Part shown: piece after piece, positions 24,971 to 39,882 of the stretch
How the letters are laid out: every line of letters begins with the position of its first letter
Numbering within the stretch: position 1 is the stretch's first letter
NCBI GenBank assembly: GCA_012295275.1
Contig: CM022674.1
Span: 9,424,001 to 9,488,000 of the forward strand
Length of the DNA: 64,000 nt
Direction of reading: 5' to 3'
Origin: Chrysomallon squamiferum
Taxonomy: Eukaryota > Animalia > Mollusca
The notes under the pieces: model-generated
What the model was told of the DNA's origin: nothing
The model's input: only the letters and a program-made list of their open reading frames with translations
Databases searched by the model: none
Made by a program: the position numbers and the translations under genes

Positions 24971-26926
24971 TTTGCTTCAGTCAACAAAATAATGAAAATA
25001 ACATGAAACATTTTCATTGTTTAAATTATTTGATACAAAAATGTTACACTTTAGGACATATGTTAGTTCAAGTTTTAATATAATTAGGTAACTGGGCTCA
25101 CATTATTAATTTATTATAATCGTGATCAAAATTGATTCTTACTATCCATAAACAAACTTCAGAACAGTGACTGTCTGCAAAGCAATATAAGTAACATGGA
25201 CTATATATAACAATATACTGTACATACCAACTGATACAGGCTATGTATTATAAAGAGGTTTGACTAACAGCATAAGAATGATAGTTGAATTTTGAAAATT
25301 AGCAGCAGTATTAACACAAATAATTTTTAATAGCTTCACTTACCTCTTTCTTTTTGGAGTACACAACACTTTATGATGCTTATTATTATTCTTCATTCTT
25401 TGGTGCTCACTCACTGCTCAGCTTCCATTCACAGTTAAGTATCACAGACCATGGTATACATTTCCTGATTATGGGGATACTCCTTGCTGTTAATAAAAAA
25501 AATCATAAAAGTAACCAGTACCATTTCTTTAACTTTACTTAATCATTTATGTCAGATGCAGAAAAAAAACAAAAATTAAAGTGTTTTATATTTCTCCTTC
25601 ACAATTATCTTGAAAATGAAAATGGATAATTGCCTGGTTGATGGAGAGACGTAGTATTGTGTGGTGTCACTGTAACCATGTGTTTATGGAACTGGTGCAT
25701 ATGGAACCACAGTTTAACCATAACCGCCCCATACTGCTTATGACAGATACACAATTTCACAAATCTTTTAATTAAAACAACTAATCTCATGTTTTGTCTT
25801 TCAAAGTTGAAAATATCACCAGTGCACCAGTTTATCAAAAACATCACTGACATACAAACATTTTTTTTTTTTAAATTACAATAATTAAGCATTCTTGAGA
25901 ACAATGTGTGTTTGCTGGAAATCACCAAAAAAATAAATAAATTAATATTTATGTATTATGTATACATTCAAGCATACATACATGCATGTATGCATATTTC
26001 AAAAAAAGAGAAATATATTAGCTAAAACAAATCACAAATTTTTCAAATACATTTTGTTTTTTTATGAAAAATATATACATTTATTGAAATATTTTAAAAA
26101 AATAAACAAATTTATAAATACGAAAACCATATATATAACGTATGTACAAACTAACATATGAAAAAGGATAACAAAAAAATAACAGCAGCCTACATCATAT
26201 TTTACATCTGTTAATTTAAGTTAGGAATTTGCATCCAACAACCACTATAGGCCATAATGTGATTCATTAAACACCAAAATAACATAAGATTAACACACTT
26301 ATTAGATATAAACCAGTAAATATAATTGTTTTGAAATTCTAGTATTAACAACAACAAAATTACTGTTTAAACTGTTATTAGCTGTCTTCGGGTCATTCTC
26401 TGACGATTTTATAATTCTGTGTGAAAATCAAAGGATGCATGCTTTTATTATTTATCACAAAAACATACTACAATAACTATACATTATAAATCAGAATAAT
26501 AATTTTAATATTAAAGGTTTAGATATAGAAAGTAACTTTTAAATGAATATAGAATTACATTTGTTTAACAAACACTGCATTACTTTTGCCTTCAGTACAT
26601 TTTAAATTTTGTTACTTAAGTTGAATTGCAAATAATATTTTAAAAATTAAAAACTGAAACTATCGACCATTAGAGTATTAAACTTGTACCATTTATACTA
26701 ATGAATTTCATTTATATTTGATAACTGTTTAGTTTAAATTTATAGTACTGTATAAAGAATACGAGACATGTTCACAAGTGTAGAAATTATTTTTCTCTTT
26801 GACACAATCTTTCTTGTCACAGAATTAACTTAGTTTTCAGCTTAGTAATTCACTGTACATACTCAGTTTCTGAAGAAATGAGCTAGCACTTCGGTCACAG
26901 AAGACGCTGGACGGGTCAGTTTATAC

Positions 26927-27171
26927 CGGTGGCGTGCAGACGTCGCGTGATGCCTGGGGCCAATTCATTGATTGTATGCCCCAAAGAATGAAGTGTAAGG
27001 CCTGGTACTGAGAAATATTATAAGAAAGGAAGATATTTTGAATAGGTAAACACAGATGAAACATAAAATAAACATAAATATAAATCAACCTAATTTATTT
27101 AGTTCTTTTCACTGATTTGATGGCCGGGGCCACCGTCCCTCTCGTCCCCCCCCCCACTCTGCACGCCACTA
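26927..27171. mobile_element. Non-autonomous hAT-family MITE, 245 bp
   Basis: TIRs CGGTGGCGTGCAGA / TCTGCACGCCACTA (12/14 match). Perfect 8-bp target duplication GTTTATAC at 26919-26926 and 27172-27179; 8-bp TSDs are typical of hAT. Confidence 0.9.
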
Positions 27172-27561
27172 GTTTATACATTTTGTTTATAATATTATTT
27201 TTTTTTTAACATAACTCTTGAAGGCGATGTAAAACTTACTAACAGTGCAGTGTATTGTTTTTCATAGTGTTTACAGAGCATGAAAACAAAAAAATGAAAA
27301 AACAACTCTTTCATTCAGTATTCGTGTTATTCGAATTTCAAAATTTGTAATTGTCATGCATCGTCTGTAGCAATGCTGCAACAATCACAGTGACACTATC
27401 AGACAAAAATAAATTTTCTGCTGAAACATGAAATAGAAATATCACTACCAATTCATTCATACAAACTGCCAAGCAGAGTAATCCTTTCAGAACAAAGTAC
27501 ACATTGAGAAAACTGTTCATTACTGAATGATAAAAACAAAATATGTATTAATTCGTATTAT

Positions 27562-27657
27562 AGTACCGCAGTCTTTTTACCGAGTTACACGTGCTTCCGC
27601 CTGAATCAGACCGGAATTGACGAATGCAATTAAACTCGGGGAAAAGACTGCGGTACT
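27562..27657. repeat. 96-bp inverted repeat (25-bp arms, 46-nt loop); mini-MITE or hairpin RNA
   Basis: AGTACCGCAGTCTTTTTACCGAGTT vs AACTCGGGGAAAAGACTGCGGTACT, 23/25 complementary. Confidence 0.8.
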
Positions 27658-27848
27658 GATGGTTATTTAAAGCTACAGTGCTCGCAATGATTTATGGTGT
27701 TGTTTGTTTGTTTGTTTTTTTTTTTTTTTTTTTTTTTGTTTGTTTGTTTTATTATTATTAATTGTTGTTTTTTTAAGACTGTTTTTGAAATGAGGCAAAA
27801 AATTATGTCGTTTATCGCAACGTTGTCGGTAGACTTCAAACGATATCC

Positions 27849-27850
<2 letters not shown>

Positions 27851-27916
<66 letters not shown>
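27851..27916. repeat. (AG)n microsatellite
   Basis: Pure AG run. Confidence 0.98.
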
Positions 27917-27919
<3 letters not shown>

Positions 27920-27969
27920 GTTTTTGTTTATTTTCAATTCAATTTTTTCTTTCTTTTCTTATTTTTTTT

Positions 27970-28001
<32 letters not shown>

Positions 28002-28599
28002 CCGTATTAAACAAATCCAATACGCATGGCAATTTCATGAAAAATGTAATTTTGTATTTTATATAACTGCCATTTAGATAATGTGTAAAATATATTATTT
28101 CTTGTAACAACGATGTCCAGATGTCATTCAGGAAGGGAGACATTTTTTTCCAAACTTCTTATTTATAACTAGTGGATAAAAATAGCTGTAACTGTTGTGA
28201 AATGCAGGTAAAATTCACTTGTATAGTCTTCCACAATTTTTATAATTCATACCAATGATCAGAAATGAATTGGAAGTTAAGATCATATCGTCCAGTGTTA
28301 AGGAACATAGCTCTTTTATCGTTGTTTTTAAAATAACAAAAGAATAATTTTTTGTAAAAATACAGCCTGACTAATTATTCAGTATTCTGCTACGATATTA
28401 TTTACAAGCGCGTAAGTGAATCTAAAAACTGCGTTTATGTTAGACATGATAAAAGTCATTCGTTCAAAACTGGAAATAAATTAAAAGTATTAGCTCTTCA
28501 AATTAAAAATAATGGAAATAATAAAAGAAATAATTTAACTAAATTAAGGAAATACGATTATATTATACATTTATCAAAAATATAATGTTTTTTAAATTC

Positions 28600-29230
28600 T
28601 GATGGCAGATATTTGAGAATCCTGCCCTTGTCTTTGATCAAGCGATGTCACCGACGAGGTGTATACCATTTCGACTGCAGAAGACATCATTGGTATCAGT
28701 ACATCTCTCCAAGCTTTACAACACAGACGCTGGATCATCCCTTAATTGGGATGGTGACACGAAAGAGTATCTTTTTAAAATATTGCCAATCAGGACATTA
28801 TTTTGTGTTGGCTACATAGACATACTGGCATAAGGGGTGATGAAAGACAGATTCTGCTGCTAAGACTGCTTTGGATCTGTCACTTCTAAGGTACCCGATA
28901 CTGATTTTAAGCATCATATCGTCAATATATTGTTTTCACTTGGCAAAATGACTGGAATGGTCCTGAAACAAACAAACCTTATTCTATTAAGCCAGCACTG
29001 GGAGATTGGCAGTCCTCTTACAGCAGAGCAGAAAGGGTGAATATGTCTTGTGTCGTGCCCACTTGACTCATTTGTGTATCTTAAAGAACGATCCTCCACC
29101 TCATTGTGAGCACTTTCAGTGAACTTTGACAGTTCAACACGTTACTAGAATGGAAACATTTTACTGAGACACGAACATATTTGATAAATGTGGTAAATTA
29201 TTTAGATACTACTAAAATCTTTTACTAAAT
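28600..29230 (+). mobile_element. Decayed 3' part of an RNase H-bearing non-LTR retrotransposon (I/Nimb/Ingi-like LINE)
   Basis: Frame-broken translation CWLHRHTGIRGDER..DSAAKTALDL resembles the RNase H motif WxPxHxGIxGNExADxxAK. It is followed by KVPDTDFKHHI..TWQNDWNG..NKPYSIKPALGDWQSSY, typical of the downstream LINE region. Confidence 0.8.
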
Positions 29231-30311
29231 CTTTTTAACGAACATTTTCCTTTATAACAAATTTTAAATTTCAATCAAATGTGATACTTATTTTTTTACC
29301 CAGATCTTTATACTGCGTTTTATAAACTTTTGATATTTTTATATTATTATACTCCCAATAGCAGACCTGTTTTTCGTGCTAAGGCGCCACTGAACACTCA
29401 GTATTACAATGTGGTTGGAGTTATCCCCCTTCGACTGTAAATCATTTTCTTCAGATTTCACTGCCCTGAATTTTGTATGAATTTAGCCTACATATTAGAA
29501 TCAACATTTGTGTATATATATTGAAGATCTGTTCAGGACAAGTTATACAAAACACAGACATGCACACGACACTGGACAACAAACACAAACACACTGACCA
29601 TACTTGACGCTTGTAATGTACACATATTTAACTCATTAAGTAAACCTGCTATTTATGATTTCACTTATTGTTTCTTTGTTCTTGGAATTTGATACAGAAA
29701 TAAACAAGGCTTATAATAAACCGATATGAAAAACAAGTAGCGGGTTATTGTTCTGAAAAATACATTAATGTAGATTTTTATACGTAAATGTAAACCGAAC
29801 ACAATTATAAATCCAGCTGAAGTGCTTTAATACACCAGACATTTTAATGTTGTATTTACATTTTATATATATGGTGATCAGTTAAAATGGAGCAAATGAA
29901 AACCCGCACGGTTTTTTCGATCTTAAAGAATGCCTCACATTAATGACGTCATTGATATAAATAACATTGCCACGTTGCTTTGTCTGTATTTTGCAGGGGA
30001 CATCTTCGAGCATTTTGTGTAGTGTAGCGTTAGGGTGTGGTTGGGTGTTTTGACTAATGTTTGAACGGCCCCTTAGTGTAAGTTTATTTTTCATTTTCTG
30101 TATTCAAATTTCGGCAAATCTGTCTAACTTATTATCATAGTCATGTCCACACCAAGAATAAAACCGTTTTAAAATGTCATAATAAATAAAATGTTGGTAA
30201 AAATGTTAATTTGGTGGTGAAAAATATTATTAACACTGAAAAATTGTTTAATACAATTAATAGACAGTTAATTCAACATTTAAATTGTAAAAATAAAACA
30301 GTATACCAGCA

Positions 30312-30312
<1 letters not shown>

Positions 30313-30365
<53 letters not shown>
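30313..30365. repeat. (TG)n microsatellite
   Basis: Pure TG run. Confidence 0.98.
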
Positions 30366-30368
<3 letters not shown>

Positions 30369-30769
30369 CTATGTATTAGGTATGTTTGTATTTAATTTAT
30401 AATTTATTACTTTTACTTTATCTTTAGGTGAGTTCATAATACAGTTGATTGTTTTAATTATTTTACTGATGGTAATTCGCGTGTGATATGGAAATGGGTC
30501 ATAAATAATGTTTTCTTTCATTTAAAAATGTTCAAGAACAGGTCACCCAAAACAGCCACAAGTATTATTATCATTACAGCTTAAAAACGATTACCTGTAA
30601 TAACAGAATCCAAACCTAAGTAAAGTGTATCAGAGCAAATTTCATCTATTCTGTATATTGCAGTATGAGCACACGGCTATCATTAACATTTTAAAATACA
30701 CTGAAAAGGTTATTACTGATGCAGAGGTGAGATTGAAACAGTATCTAAAAATGGTTGCCACAAACCCAC

Positions 30770-31733
30770 TCCACGATTCAGTAGGGCCGGTACTCGGTCG
30801 TTAAGTGTGAAGTGTCTCCAAAGTAGAAATAGACGAAAGAAATAAATCGGAAGATAACTCCGTAATGTGTACAAAACGCAGAGAAGATTATATTTACAAT
30901 TAGCAATAATTTATTCAGTTTGATTTCGTTTTGAGGTTTTATGGTTGACAGTATTTTCTGTGAGGCCAGTAATATACGTATACTGTCTGTTATTCCAGAA
31001 ACGTTTGCTATGTAATTATGGGAAGTCGATAAAAATTTAACTCGCCTCACAGATTTTGTTAAATATTTTTCTGCGAATGTTTGTTTTATTTTTACCGCTA
31101 GTTTAGAAGTTATTTTAATGTATTTTTCTGCTGTAGTTACTAAATTTTAATAACTTTGTTTACCATTCATTCGCTTCGCTGATCTAAAAAAATGATATTT
31201 CTACGCGTTCTTCGCAGTGTCTTCAAATTGGACCTCCCGTCATTCCTCATTCCGCGACAGCGTCTTATAAGATGTTCTTAGTATTTCAGTAGTATTGACA
31301 AATTCAGTACGTATGTCATAATGAAAAAAACCACCTCTACTGCAACAACATTCCGTTATGGTACAAGAACCATATATAGAACCATACGGTCATTAATTTT
31401 ATAAGAAAACACATGTACTAAGAAGTGTGTAATTCGCTGTCACTACTAAAGATGCGCATCACGCGACTGTTAAACAAGAAGGCAGTTCCACGTCCCTACA
31501 GAATTCCTCATTAGCCAGGTCGATCACACGACGAAGCATTCTGATCGATCGATGAGAACATTTCGTTTTAAACACTGGTGGTAAACCAGACCCGCCCATA
31601 ATCTTCTTTTTCCTTCTGTGTGAAAAAGTCGTGATATTTCCAATTATTAAACTCTGACTTGTAATCTCGCATATTTTGTTCGTTAGCCATCTTGTATATG
31701 GTTCAATAATCGGAAGCGTATCTAATGGTAAGT
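30770..31733 (+). promoter_or_regulatory. CpG-enriched segment, candidate promoter/first non-coding exon ending at donor ATG|GTAAGT (~31727)
   Basis: Visibly more CpG than the flanks and a consensus GTAAGT donor. The GPCR coding exon downstream begins with an acceptor, so it needs upstream exons. The link between them is inference. Confidence 0.3.
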
Positions 31734-34700
31734 GTTTTCATTTTAGTTTATCTGGCATAAATCATGTGTTTTCAGTTTTTTAATATAAGGATAACAACGT
31801 CATTTTAAGTATAATTCAGTTTATATTTGTTAATGTGTGTTTCATGTCTCAGATGAGTGAATATTTAAAAACTGATATAGAGACAGATGTCAGCTGATAT
31901 GAGAATTATTTCGTTTATTTCAGTATGTTAACATGAATACTACTTTAAATGCAACAGTAAGCTTTCGACAGAAACATATTTCAGAGCAATGGTATCTTAA
32001 AAAGAATAAATATAAAATCTATTTAGAAAAATCTTTTCATTTCAGATCGTTTTATAGCGTATTTCAAACTATTTGTTTCTCCTTTAAAACTGAATCTGGA
32101 TACACGTATTCAAACATACATTAATGAGTAATACGAATATATTTGTAGTCGTTTTTGCATTAGTCCTTGATAATAATGTCTTACGTTAATGCTTTGCAAT
32201 ATACATTTTTTCAAAACACTTAATAGTAAGTCAGCTATGGAGTTACACATTACATATCTAAAACATGCGTTTATCTACCGTGTTCATACAATAAATACAT
32301 ATATCATAAGCTTAAAGTAACTTAACTGTATTAAAATGTTTAGTCTGAAGACAGTATAAAAAAATGGGTGGAAAATAAAAACTATATATATTCTTATTTA
32401 ATATTAACACAAACTGAGATATATTTGTAAATATTGTGACTATGACGGTGAACGAAGTCGTTTTAGTTTAGCCATGTTATCAATATTTATTGCTTATACT
32501 CACAGAATGATTGTATAAAATTAATAATTGATGTAAAGCTTTCTACAGTGTTTACATTTCACTGAATTACCATAGATATTGTTCATGTGCCAACTATCTA
32601 CAAATAAAATCAAAAACAGACGCTAGTGTTTTTGATTTTGCATTGAATATGTTTTCAGTGAATAATCGAATCTTTATGCCAGTTTCAGACAAATGTATTA
32701 TTATATGAATTCAAATGATAATAGGCACATCCGGTTGGTTGATGGTTATTATTGCTTGATGGTTATGTGTATTCAGTCGTTTTTATATTATTTATTGAAC
32801 TGCTACTATCGGTCCGTGGACTGTTGTCAATTTCTACTAGGTAAAGAGAACCGTTCTGAACAATGATTTTCAGCGACTGTTGGTTTTTCCGTAGGCTGTT
32901 GGCATAATGTCGAAATTTCTTAATGCTCTTATGCTGATGGTGTTTTAAAACACAAAATGTATACTTAAAAATAAAAATGAAATATGTATATATAAAATAA
33001 ACAAAAATAACAACATTTCAGAATAATAATAATAATAATAATATAAAGATTTAGGATATCAGAAAATAAATAATAAAAATTTCCCAACAGAGAACAAAAA
33101 ATAAATTTATAACATTAAATATACAAAAATATATAATAATAAAAAAAAGAAACTTAAAAAACATAATAATAAAATAAAAATAATAAAATAAAATGAAAAA
33201 GAAACGTAGAAGAAAAAAACAAAACAAATTTTAATTATTATTGAAAGTCAGCGACTGGTTAATAAAAACAAGAAAAAAAATATCGTTTTGTAATTAGTTT
33301 GTGCGTTTTAATAAAGTTGGTTTTGTTTCTTTTAAAAAAAAAAATGTTACTGTATTTTCTGAGTAAAATTTATGCTGAATTTCGGCTGTATTTGTTTATC
33401 GATGTTTTGAAAAGCTTCTACAGAAGTGGAATAATTGCATTATCATCTAAAAATGTTTTTGTCATGGTTGTTGCTGTTTAAAGGAACAATCTAGTTATTA
33501 CTACTATAGCTTTGTAGTGTTTTATCCACAGAACAACATTTCAATTAATAAACTTCTGAAGTGCAGTTAGAAATATTTCTAGTGGGGATTATTCAAAATT
33601 CCGATTAACCAGTGGCGTTATGTCCTGAATACACGAATGCGTATCTGTTAAACCTTCATCGAAATAGATTACTGTGTAATTAAATTTAAAGTCGGTACAT
33701 TTTATTGTGAAAGATTCAGTCAATTGGCAGGAAAAGAGGCAAGAAAATTGATTGACAGTAAAAACATTGTTAAAGTAATTCTTTTGTTTTATCATAATGG
33801 ACTGGATAAATAATTTCTCTCATTCTAACTCTAATTTCAAAAGAAAAAAAACACACACACAAAAAAGTTAGAACCCTGTATAGTTGAAAATTGCAAATAA
33901 TGGATAAAATAGTGGAATATTATATAAATATAATCACATTGAATTTCAGAATCTAACAGAAGTTACACCTCTTAAAAAGATTTCCCATAAATTTTTAAAA
34001 TTGAACAAGTCACAGTTTAGAAACACAACAACTAGAATTCTGCTGATAAAATGTGAAGGAAAAGTTTGGACATAGATTTCGTATTTATAAAATTATTGGC
34101 AAATTCTAAAGTTCCGAAACATCGACAGTCATATATTATTGGTATTTATTTATATATCTGTATATGTAAATGGTATGTAAATGCAACTCACATGGTAAAT
34201 CTTTTTTTCATATTATATCAAACACTGAATTTTCCCCCCCTTATTTATTAAATAGTGAATAATCACGTACCGCCATGTACTTTTACTGAAGCTCTTGTTT
34301 CTATATATTTAAAGGTGTTAAATTAAGATTTTTGATAAATTCTTTCTTATATATGTACCTACAGAGGTGTATAAAGCAAAATACATATATATCAGTTATA
34401 TGTATATAATGGTTATTCTTTGAAACTCACTAACTGAAACAACTACTTTATACATTAAGAAAATACTGCCAGTTTTGTTATTTAAAGATCATATGAATAT
34501 TTTTAAAAATTAAGAAATTGATTAAGTGGTTAGCTTCATGATTTGGCTAAACAACAAAATACATGTAAATATATTTTCTGTTTGTATTATTTGTCTTCAT
34601 TTTATTTATTTCATACCATTTAGGGCACTGCATTAAGTTCCTGAAGTTTAAAACTATGTAAAATTGTATAATGGTAAAGGAGCAGTTAAAAAAAAAAAAT

Positions 34701-35055
34701 TAGAGTATTGTATAAAAAAAAATATAAAAAATCCAGTCCAAGAGATGAAATAAAATTTAAATCTTAAAATTCATAATAACCTTCTGTATAGTTTATTGTT
34801 TGGTTTTTCTTTCTTTCTTTTATTATTATTATTAGGTGGGGGGTTTTTTTATTATTATTTTTTTAATATAAATAAAGGATGATCATTTTTGGACTTGTAC
34901 TATTTAGAATGATGTTTGTTATGGGATTCAGTCATCGTTTTAGGTGAGGTTTGATGGCCATCTTCACTTCTCTTCTCTTTTCATCTCTGTGTTTGGTTTT
35001 TATGTGTGTATCTGTGTTGTTGTTTTGTTAGTTAATGTATTTGATGAAATGTTAG

Positions 35056-35058
<3 letters not shown>

Positions 35059-35094
<36 letters not shown>
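35059..35094. repeat. (AAT)n microsatellite
   Basis: Pure TAA/AAT run. Confidence 0.95.
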
Positions 35095-35096
<2 letters not shown>

Positions 35097-36739
35097 CTTT
35101 TCTAGCAATATTATTGTATATAATCAATTTAAAAAGTCGTCGATAATAACAAAATTATTAATAATTGTTTTTCGTACGAACCATATTTTCTTTCCGCTCT
35201 ACAAATCAGATTACGTTCTTCACCAGTATGCAATTTTATACAGCACTCTTTCCATACTAAGTTCGAGGTTGTGTTACACTAATAAATTAAATACAAATTT
35301 TAAAAAAACAACAACCCCCCCCAAAAAAAAAACCAACATATTTTGTTTTATTATCAGAAATATACAAATTAGATTCCTTAACCTTAGAAATGATAAAGTG
35401 AAAGACTACAAAGAACAATGAATTATGTTTATTGCCCGCCACTGTGAAAAGATATTAAATATGGTTTGAGGGGCGGTTTTTAGCGAGCTAATGTTTCAAT
35501 GTAGACAAGGAAATGATATTTTGTTATCCGTCAGGATGATTTTTTAGATATTAAAGAGTTATATTTTCTCCCGATATCAAATGCTCTTCAAATTAATTCT
35601 AAAAGTGATAAAAATGGCTTGTTTCATGCAGCCGTGACATTATTATTATTACTGTTGTATGTATGTTTTATGTAGTTTTATGAAGGAATGAATAAATCAC
35701 AGTAAAATAGCCGTTCACGAACTCATGAATATATTTCAACAGCAAATGTTATTAATATTTTTGATTAAATCGAATTCTTTCAGTGGGAAGTGATAGAAAA
35801 GTATCAGTCGCATAGTAATGGCATATGGAAGTAATTTGTAAAAGCGTCTGGTTAAAAAAGCTAATTTATTTTCTGATTGCCTCTGGCTTGATAAGTGAGT
35901 TATAAATCTGAGGACTACTGATCGATGTTTCGCTTTGTTGGTTTAGGACTGTACAATTTGATTTACGACAGCAGTTAAAATACAATGAGTTGTTCTTTGT
36001 GGTCTTTCATTTAATCAGTTCTAAGGTTAATTTTGTAGGTGTTTTTCAGCCATAAATATGTAAATATACCAACATGAACCTTAATATCAATGAATTAAAA
36101 AAATACAAATTGATCATATTCAGTTTCCGTTGCCTTCTTTCAATATTAAACTTTTTTTTTTTTTTTAAAGTTTCATCATCAAAGTGACAAAGTTATGGAA
36201 TATTTTCCGCTGACATTATATTTTATGAACATGGCTTGTTTACGAACGTTCATTATGGAATATAAATTTAATAAACTGGCATTTCGAAAATTCTTATTTA
36301 TGTTTCCACCGTGCTCTTCTCTCGTACTTGGTCAGTTGCCTTATCGTAACCACGAATCGAAGGTACGTTGAAAATATAGTTATATTAAATTAATCTCAGC
36401 AGCTCTCAGTGAAATTTTCATCAAGAAATATATGTAATTTTAGCTGCAAACTTGACTTAGTTTGTCTGTTCACTTTGTCAAGAAGATTAATTCTTAGTAT
36501 AATTAAGAAATCGATGAAGCTTTGTCAGCTGGGAAATGTCACTTAAGATAATTGAATACCAGCTGAACCTAGTAATGAGAAGTACTTTTACTAACACCTT
36601 TCCGGTGTTTTCTCAGTTTTAATAATTAATAAAAATGCAACAAATGTATTGAAAATTATCAGAATACAGTTCTTTTTATCTGAAATTATGTTGTCTGAAA
36701 ATTTTCTCTGTTTAATAATAATTCTTGTTTTTGTTTTTT

Positions 36740-37070
36740 ATACTGAAATCCAGTTTTATAGATTTTTATACTGAAGACTACTTTTATAGATTTTGATACC
36801 ATATCGAAATCACGGTTTAACAATTAGTTATCTCTGTAATACAAAATCGCTGTTTAACAATAACTTATGCCAAAGCCATTGTTTTATAAATTATATGTTA
36901 TGTCGAAATAATTCTTTTACAATTAACTATCAGTTGTATCAAGATCATTATTTTAGAATTAATTATCTGTTATATAGACATCATAATTTTAAAGTTATCT
37001 GTTGTTTGGAAATCACTAATTCAAAATTATATATTATATCGATATCACTGTTTTGCAACATCATAATTTA
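36740..37070. repeat. Old degenerate ~30-36-bp minisatellite (approx. TTATCTGTTATATCGAAATCACTGTTTTACAATTAA)
   Basis: Recurrent TATC(T)GTT..ATCGAAATCAC..TTT variants. Confidence 0.55.
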
Positions 37071-39882
37071 CGTTATATTTAAGAAGAACAAAAAATTAGT
37101 AAATATTAGATTTCAGTTAAAATGCAGTTAGATCTACTGAATATTGAATTTGTTTCATTATTTATAATTCTCTTTGATCATTATTTATTTGTTACTTTGT
37201 AGTTTAATAGACTGTTCAGAAGTTTGCATAACCAGTGAAACATTCTTTACAGAAAAATAATAAGATATTCAAACTATAAAACTTGATATAATCCAGAGGT
37301 GTTTAAAAAAATAAAATAAAAAAATAAAATTCATTGCCAGATCAAAGCATAAAGAAGCTGCTGCATTTTATTAGAGACTTCGGATTCAGATATATTTTCT
37401 TATTAATTTTCTTTTTAATTTTCTTTATTAGGTAAAGAAATCAAGAGAATATTTAAACAGATGTGAGCTTGTAGAACTATCTGGCGACAGATATATTGAT
37501 TTTTGTCATCTGTGTTTGGCGAATGTAAGACCAAATACATTGCTGAGCTGATGTTCCTTTCTTCATCAACAAATGATTGCTTAATGACTCGCCATGAAAA
37601 TCCTTCTATCTGAATATGTCCTTACTATGAGATCTTAGGCAAAACACAAATATTATATTTCTATGAATTACTTTCACAACCAGTAAAAAAAAAAAAAAAA
37701 AAAAAATAGAATAAACAAATTAAGAAAAATAAACAACAACAAAAAACAACAGAAAAAACCTCACTGATTTCGGACGGGACAATTTTATATCTTATTTATT
37801 TATCTTGAAAGAGGATTGTTTTATTACCTTTACAGTAAACGCTCTACTAATTTCTAAGAACGTTTCATGTAATGCCAATCATATGCGACATTCTTAGCGT
37901 TAATGATATATTGCAACCTTGTAAAATATCTATTACGACTATAACAGACAGCGACATAATAAGACTGTTTAACATTGATTGTTAGTTTCTGATTATTTTA
38001 TTTAATCTATTTTACTATTTAACCTAGCTGTTAATTTTTAACATTATCTATATATGTCTGTGATCGGCCTATTATTTTTTTTTGTCTGTCTCTGTACCTC
38101 GCTTAAAGTGCAACAAACATTTTTTAGAAATACTTCTATAATAGATAAAAATTAAACCGATATCTTGCATTACCAATCTAATGGGTCTTTAAAATTAAGA
38201 TCCAAACATCACATAATTACATTTACAGACCGGTATAATTAGAATTCAGATGTGAAGTATTATCTGTCTGATATACGTCTCTATAATTAAGATGTAACTC
38301 CTACCAATCTGATAGATTAGTACATCTCAGCTGTTACCTGTATGAGAATCTGCAATAAGCGGCCGTTTCCTCTGCTCTCTATCTGTTCATTATTCATGAA
38401 GTATTTTATTTGGACAAATAAAACCATCTTTTTGTCAGACAGTTTCAATTGATGTGCATCAGCTGCAAACTATTAATATTTTGATGATGCCTCAAAGGAA
38501 AAGCTTGACCAAAGTGGTCATTAAGAGACAGTACAGATATTAGCGTCAGCGAATTCATCTCAGTACGACACGTCTGCTCCAGATTAGTTGGATTCTCGCT
38601 GTTACTGTAATAGCCAAGCTATTTTTAAAATTTCCGTTTCCAAACTACTCAGAGAAGAATAGTTTGTGAATAGAAATAAAAGTAATAAAATGACTGTATA
38701 CTGAAAATTTCGTTGTTATGAAACCAATCAAAGCATTATATCTATAAGAACAACAGCGCTTGTAAAAAATGCAGCCTAAGTCTATTTTTGGATGGCATTG
38801 TAATCAGTAGCTCGCCCACATGCAATATCATTAATAATTCTAATAGACATTGACAAAATATCAGCACTTACACTCAACACATGTATTTTTCAATGCACTT
38901 CAGTCTGTATCCTATGACAATATTTTTATTACCCTGTGAAATGCATATAAAAATCCCTTTGATACAAAAAGCAACTACCTTGTCATTTATACAACAACAA
39001 CATTAATAAGTAAATTTATTATATCACTATTTATTATTGCTCCTTTGGAAAAGATTAATAAAACAGCAAAAGAGGTTTTAACAAATGTGTAATCAGTCAA
39101 AAATCACATTTATTCAATGTTTAACAACAACTATATGTAGATATTATTGTTTAATAATCTCTTATAGTGAATAATTTATAAGCAAATACTTGACCTCTAT
39201 GGTTTCAATTTTAATCTCAATTATAAAGAAAAATTTCATTTTGAAATGTTATAACATAGAATGATAGTTAGAGTTAAAGAAACATTGTGTATGGCGTTAA
39301 ATATATGAAATCATCATTGGATCTGATCGTGAACGACAATAAAATTATTTATTATTGATGGATTAATTAACTGTAATTACTTCTTTTTTAATTACTCTTA
39401 AAGGATTGGATATGTTTTGTCACTGGTAGTTACACTGAATATATTATACTATGTAGCCTGACCAGTTTCATTCAACAAAATATATTTGATGATACAGGTA
39501 CTCTATTTCAAAAGCAACTAATTAATTTGTTAATAATAATTTCTAAACGTCATTCATATGATAAACAAATTTAGGGAAACAAAATACAATTGTAGAATAC
39601 TCTCATTTCAGTTCAAAATACCACTGATTACAATTTCAAAGCAGAAAAAAGAGCTAAAATCAATAAATAATAAAAAGTAAATACAATTATATATATATAT
39701 AATTTAAACTTCTGCATGAAACAGTTGTTTATTGGTTATATAAAATATGCTTATAGCTGTAAGTAAAATACTGTCAGCATAGATAAAGAATTACTGTTAA
39801 GAATCTCTTCAGAGAAAGAGAATTGCCAGATGACTAAACTCTTTTCATTTTTGTTTTAGGTAGCAGTTGAGAACTGTCAGCT

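Noticed and set aside
25338-25465. Minus-strand exon (MKNNNKHHKVLCTPKRK|GTAAGT) pointing toward the satellite
   Set aside because: Good donor, but no homology or partner exons; unsupported without RNA data.
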